This document shows, in pieces, positions 61,356 to 64,000 of a stretch of DNA of 64,000 bases (position 1 is the stretch's first letter; every line of letters begins with the position of its first letter). Under the pieces are notes generated by a model, which saw only the letters and a program-made list of their open reading frames with translations, ran no database searches and was not told where the DNA came from. Source of the stretch: an uncultured Candidatus Saccharibacteria bacterium (lineage in GTDB: Bacteria > Patescibacteriota > Minisyncoccia > Phycocordibacterales > JAKAEA01); assembly GCA_964577595.1 (NCBI GenBank), contig CAZNZK010000001.1:1434-65433 (forward strand), read 5' to 3'. The position numbers were made by a program, and so were the translations under genes.

Positions 61356-61892
61356 ATGGAGACGGCGATTTTTGGCGGCGGTTGTTTTTGGTGCACGGAA
61401 GCGGTGTTTCTTATGCTTCGTGGTGTGCAGGCCGTTGCTCCTGGTTATGCCGGTGGCACTACGGCTAATCCGACGTACGAACAGGTTTCAAGTGGCCGCA
61501 CCGGCCATGCGGAATGTATCAAAATTGACTACGATCCGAAACAAATCGCCTTCCATGATTTACTGACGGTGTTTTTTGCTTCGCATGACCCGACAACACC
61601 GAATCGTCAAGGGAACGATGTTGGTACGCAGTATCGTTCGGCAATTTTTTACACCACGCCCGGGCAAAAAGCGGAAGCGACGCAATTCATTGCTGAATTG
61701 TCACAGGTACCAGGCGGCAAGCCCATAGTCACTGAAATTGCTCCTCTCGCTGAATTTTGGCCAGCTGAGGATTACCACCAAAAATATTACGAAAGTCATA
61801 AGGACGCGCCCTATTGTCAGCTCGTTATTGACCCTAAGGTGGAAAAGGTTCAAGAACAATTTGCTGAATTATTAAAATCTCATGCAAAATAA
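61356..61892 (+). CDS. msrA: Peptide methionine-S-sulfoxide reductase
   Basis: GGGCFWCTE, GTQYRSAIF, AEDYHQKY. Confidence 0.96.
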   Translation: METAIFGGGCFWCTEAVFLMLRGVQAVAPGYAGGTTANPTYEQVSSGRTGHAECIKIDYDPKQIAFHDLLTVFFASHDPTTPNRQGNDVGTQYRSAIFYTTPGQKAEATQFIAELSQVPGGKPIVTEIAPLAEFWPAEDYHQKYYESHKDAPYCQLVIDPKVEKVQEQFAELLKSHAK

Positions 61893-61893
61893 T

Positions 61894-62271
61894 ATGTCCA
61901 AAGAAATGCCCAAAACCGAGGAAGGGTGGCGCAAAAAGTTGACGCCGGAGCAGTATAAAATCTTACGTGAAAAGGGGACTGAAGCGCCTTTTTCCGGCAA
62001 GCTCTCACAGGCAAAAGATGGTGTGTACCGATGCGCGGCCTGCGGCAACTCGCTTTTCGCCGCCGACGCCAAGTTTGATTCGGGCACCGGCTGGCCGAGT
62101 TTTGACCAAGCACTGCCTGGCGCCGTTAAACAACAACGCGACGGTACTCTCGGCATGGAACGCACGGAAATTTTGTGCGCGGTATGCGGCTCGCATCTCG
62201 GTCACGTTTTTGACGACGGTCCCACCAAAACCGGCAAGCGCTTCTGCCTCAATTCAGTTTGTTTGGAATAA
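61894..62271 (+). CDS. msrB: Peptide methionine-R-sulfoxide reductase (zinc type)
   Basis: CAAC/CAVC, SGTGWPSF, HLGHVFDDGP, RFCLNS. Confidence 0.95.
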   Translation: MSKEMPKTEEGWRKKLTPEQYKILREKGTEAPFSGKLSQAKDGVYRCAACGNSLFAADAKFDSGTGWPSFDQALPGAVKQQRDGTLGMERTEILCAVCGSHLGHVFDDGPTKTGKRFCLNSVCLE

Positions 62272-64000
62272 AACGATATAAAATCAAATTTTCGGTGCTT
62301 GTGCCGAGCGCCGTGAAAGCGCCGCAAGAGAATCCCGAAGCGTATGCGTACGCGATGCCGTATTGTGAGGCAATAGTCTCTTTCTGAGAGCAGTTTGCCT
62401 GCATAAAATTATTGTAAGAAAGAGTGTTCACGGTGATATAGGCGGCTTTTGACTGCAGGGGTATATTGCCAGTGGTAATACCGATAACTAGCCCTTTCCA
62501 TGGCGGGGCGATGAATCGCGCGCCGGTAATGTTGTGGAAGAGCGCGAGGTCGTCGGCAGTGAGAAAGCGGCTAATGGGGGCCGATGGTGTGAGGGCGTGC
62601 GTGGTGCCGCCGCTACCAATTGTTAGGACTAATTCCTGCCAGTTTTGTTGATTGGGATAGAAAAAGGCGGTGAAAGAGCAAGTAATAACGAGCAGGGCCG
62701 CCCAGAATTCTTCTCTAAACCAATGACGAAACGTGTTAATGAGAAAGTCGGCACCGGCACCGGCAACAACAGTCAACAGGATTGCCATAACACTCACCAG
62801 CCGGAAATACTCAATAATAAAAATCCATGGCGTTAGGCTGTAGTAAATCCAGTAAGCAATACCTACAGTCAGCACCGCCACAAAAGCCCAGCGTCGGCGC
62901 TGAAATAGGGGGTAGAAGCCGATAGTCGCGAGAGTTAGCACAAACATTGGCAGTATGTCCCACGGGTAGAGAGCGACACTGCCGCCATCACTACCACGGT
63001 ACAGAATGTCGGCGGTGATGGTTGTAATAAGGCCATGGCCGAGGCCTTTTACGAGGAGTAGGGTAATAATGCTTCCGGCTGCCAAGAGTATGACAACCCC
63101 GCTCACGCATACTATTTTCAAAAAATCTTTGTTAATGCCGGAACGTAGAGCTACCGCAATTAGTAAAGGAACGATAAACACAACAAGTTGCGGATAGAGT
63201 GCGAGTGCCAGAAAGGATGCCAAAAGCGTAAGAATTTTGTCGTTACGTGCCGCCGCAGCCAGAGCTATAAGCAATCCCCACGTGCCAACACTATAAGCCA
63301 AGAAGAACCAAGGGCCGGGCAAGTTTCCGCTATTCGTGATGAATGGCAAGCAAAGCACGGCAACCAGGGATCCGACGCGCCCCAGGCTGAGCGACCGGCA
63401 CAGTACATACAGAAGCGCGGCTGTTATGAGGCCGCCGATGATTGCCATAGTCGCAAAGTCGTTAACGGGCGAAAGGCCAAAAAGTAAGAAAAAATCGGCG
63501 GTCAGCGCGTGGAAAGGTAGAACTAAATCGGGGAATGGTTTGCCATTCAACGGGTTAACCGCCGGCAAAACGTGTTGGTTGATGGAGAACTGAGCCATAC
63601 CCGCGGTGATCCATTCATCGGAATAAAATGGGTAGGGATAGCCATTGGACGCCACTATTTGTGTGCCATATTGCGTCGCTACGGGGCCGCTATAGTGGTA
63701 ATGCACCACGTAGAATTCGGCCCAAACGATAGTGAAGGCGATAACAACAAACAGCGAAGCGGTGAGTGTGGTCCTAGAGAAACGAATCCGCGTCCATAAG
63801 CGTTGTCGCCAGAAGGTCGTCAGGGCGATAACAGCGCCAACAAAATAAAAGGCCAGTACATTCCAATAGTTAAAAATTCCTGCCGTTTGTGTCACCAGGG
63901 CAACGAGAATAGAAAAACCAAGTATACCCGCGGCCATCCACAATGCTCCGCGCCGCCAATCGGCAAAAGCGGGAATAAGGCAAAAAGGGACACAGAGTAG
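62249..64000 (-). CDS. Polytopic membrane protein, possible GT-C-fold glycosyltransferase; 5'-truncated by window edge
   Basis: Frame open to base 64000; more than 10 hydrophobic segments; periplasmic YSDEW acidic motif. Confidence 0.6.
   Translation of the reverse strand, partial: LLCVPFCLIPAFADWRRGALWMAAGILGFSILVALVTQTAGIFNYWNVLAFYFVGAVIALTTFWRQRLWTRIRFSRTTLTASLFVVIAFTIVWAEFYVVHYHYSGPVATQYGTQIVASNGYPYPFYSDEWITAGMAQFSINQHVLPAVNPLNGKPFPDLVLPFHALTADFFLLFGLSPVNDFATMAIIGGLITAALLYVLCRSLSLGRVGSLVAVLCLPFITNSGNLPGPWFFLAYSVGTWGLLIALAAAARNDKILTLLASFLALALYPQLVVFIVPLLIAVALRSGINKDFLKIVCVSGVVILLAAGSIITLLLVKGLGHGLITTITADILYRGSDGGSVALYPWDILPMFVLTLATIGFYPLFQRRRWAFVAVLTVGIAYWIYYSLTPWIFIIEYFRLVSVMAILLTVVAGAGADFLINTFRHWFREEFWAALLVITCSFTAFFYPNQQNWQELVLTIGSGGTTHALTPSAPISRFLTADDLALFHNITGARFIAPPWKGLVIGITTGNIPLQSKAAYITVNTLSYNNFMQANCSQKETIASQYGIAYAYASGFSCGAFTALGTSTENLILYRFIPNKLN

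Noticed and set aside
62249-62271. msrB as a pseudogene because of its short C-terminus and convergent overlap
   Set aside because: Catalytic RFCLNS and both zinc motifs are intact; tight convergent junctions also occur at cydB/uppP and 33305/33306
1-64000. Alternative genetic code (UGA=Gly) and introns/inteins in rpoB, rpoC, dnaG
   Set aside because: Core genes are uninterrupted under code 11 and of ordinary length; TGA acts as a stop at 8997-8999

Overview
Bacterial chromosomal segment with standard genetic code 11 and no prophage or CRISPR. Gene content and style point to a Patescibacteria/CPR organism, probably Parcubacteria-like (inference): short EF-Ts and RF1, rpoB not preceded by rplKAJL, almost no Shine-Dalgarno motifs, -10 boxes close to start codons, and many large secreted Thr/Gly-rich proteins. 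The core backbone is tkt, pfkB, fba, rplY, rpmE-prfA-rpsB-tsf, tRNA-Thr, rpoBC, dnaG-rpoD, a UvrD-nuclease, typA, kup and uppP. It is interrupted by: (i) an AT-rich type II restriction-modification islet; (ii) a ~16 kb cell-surface locus (34.8-50.5 kb) with WxL/DUF916-like genes, a membrane-anchored HTH regulator with a palindromic operator, a 2508-aa signal-peptide-bearing tail-fibre-like protein with an S74 chaperone domain, a coupled polyglycine protein and a triple-LamG protein; (iii) a cydAB-dsbA-msrAB oxygen/redox block; (iv) three orphan single-gene cassettes that alone carry strong SD sequences, one starting with a planctomycete-type export signal; and (v) a REP-like palindromic repeat family, two copies of which form a perfect 42-bp inverted repeat around an exonuclease gene. 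All family assignments are from motif recognition by eye; no database search was run.
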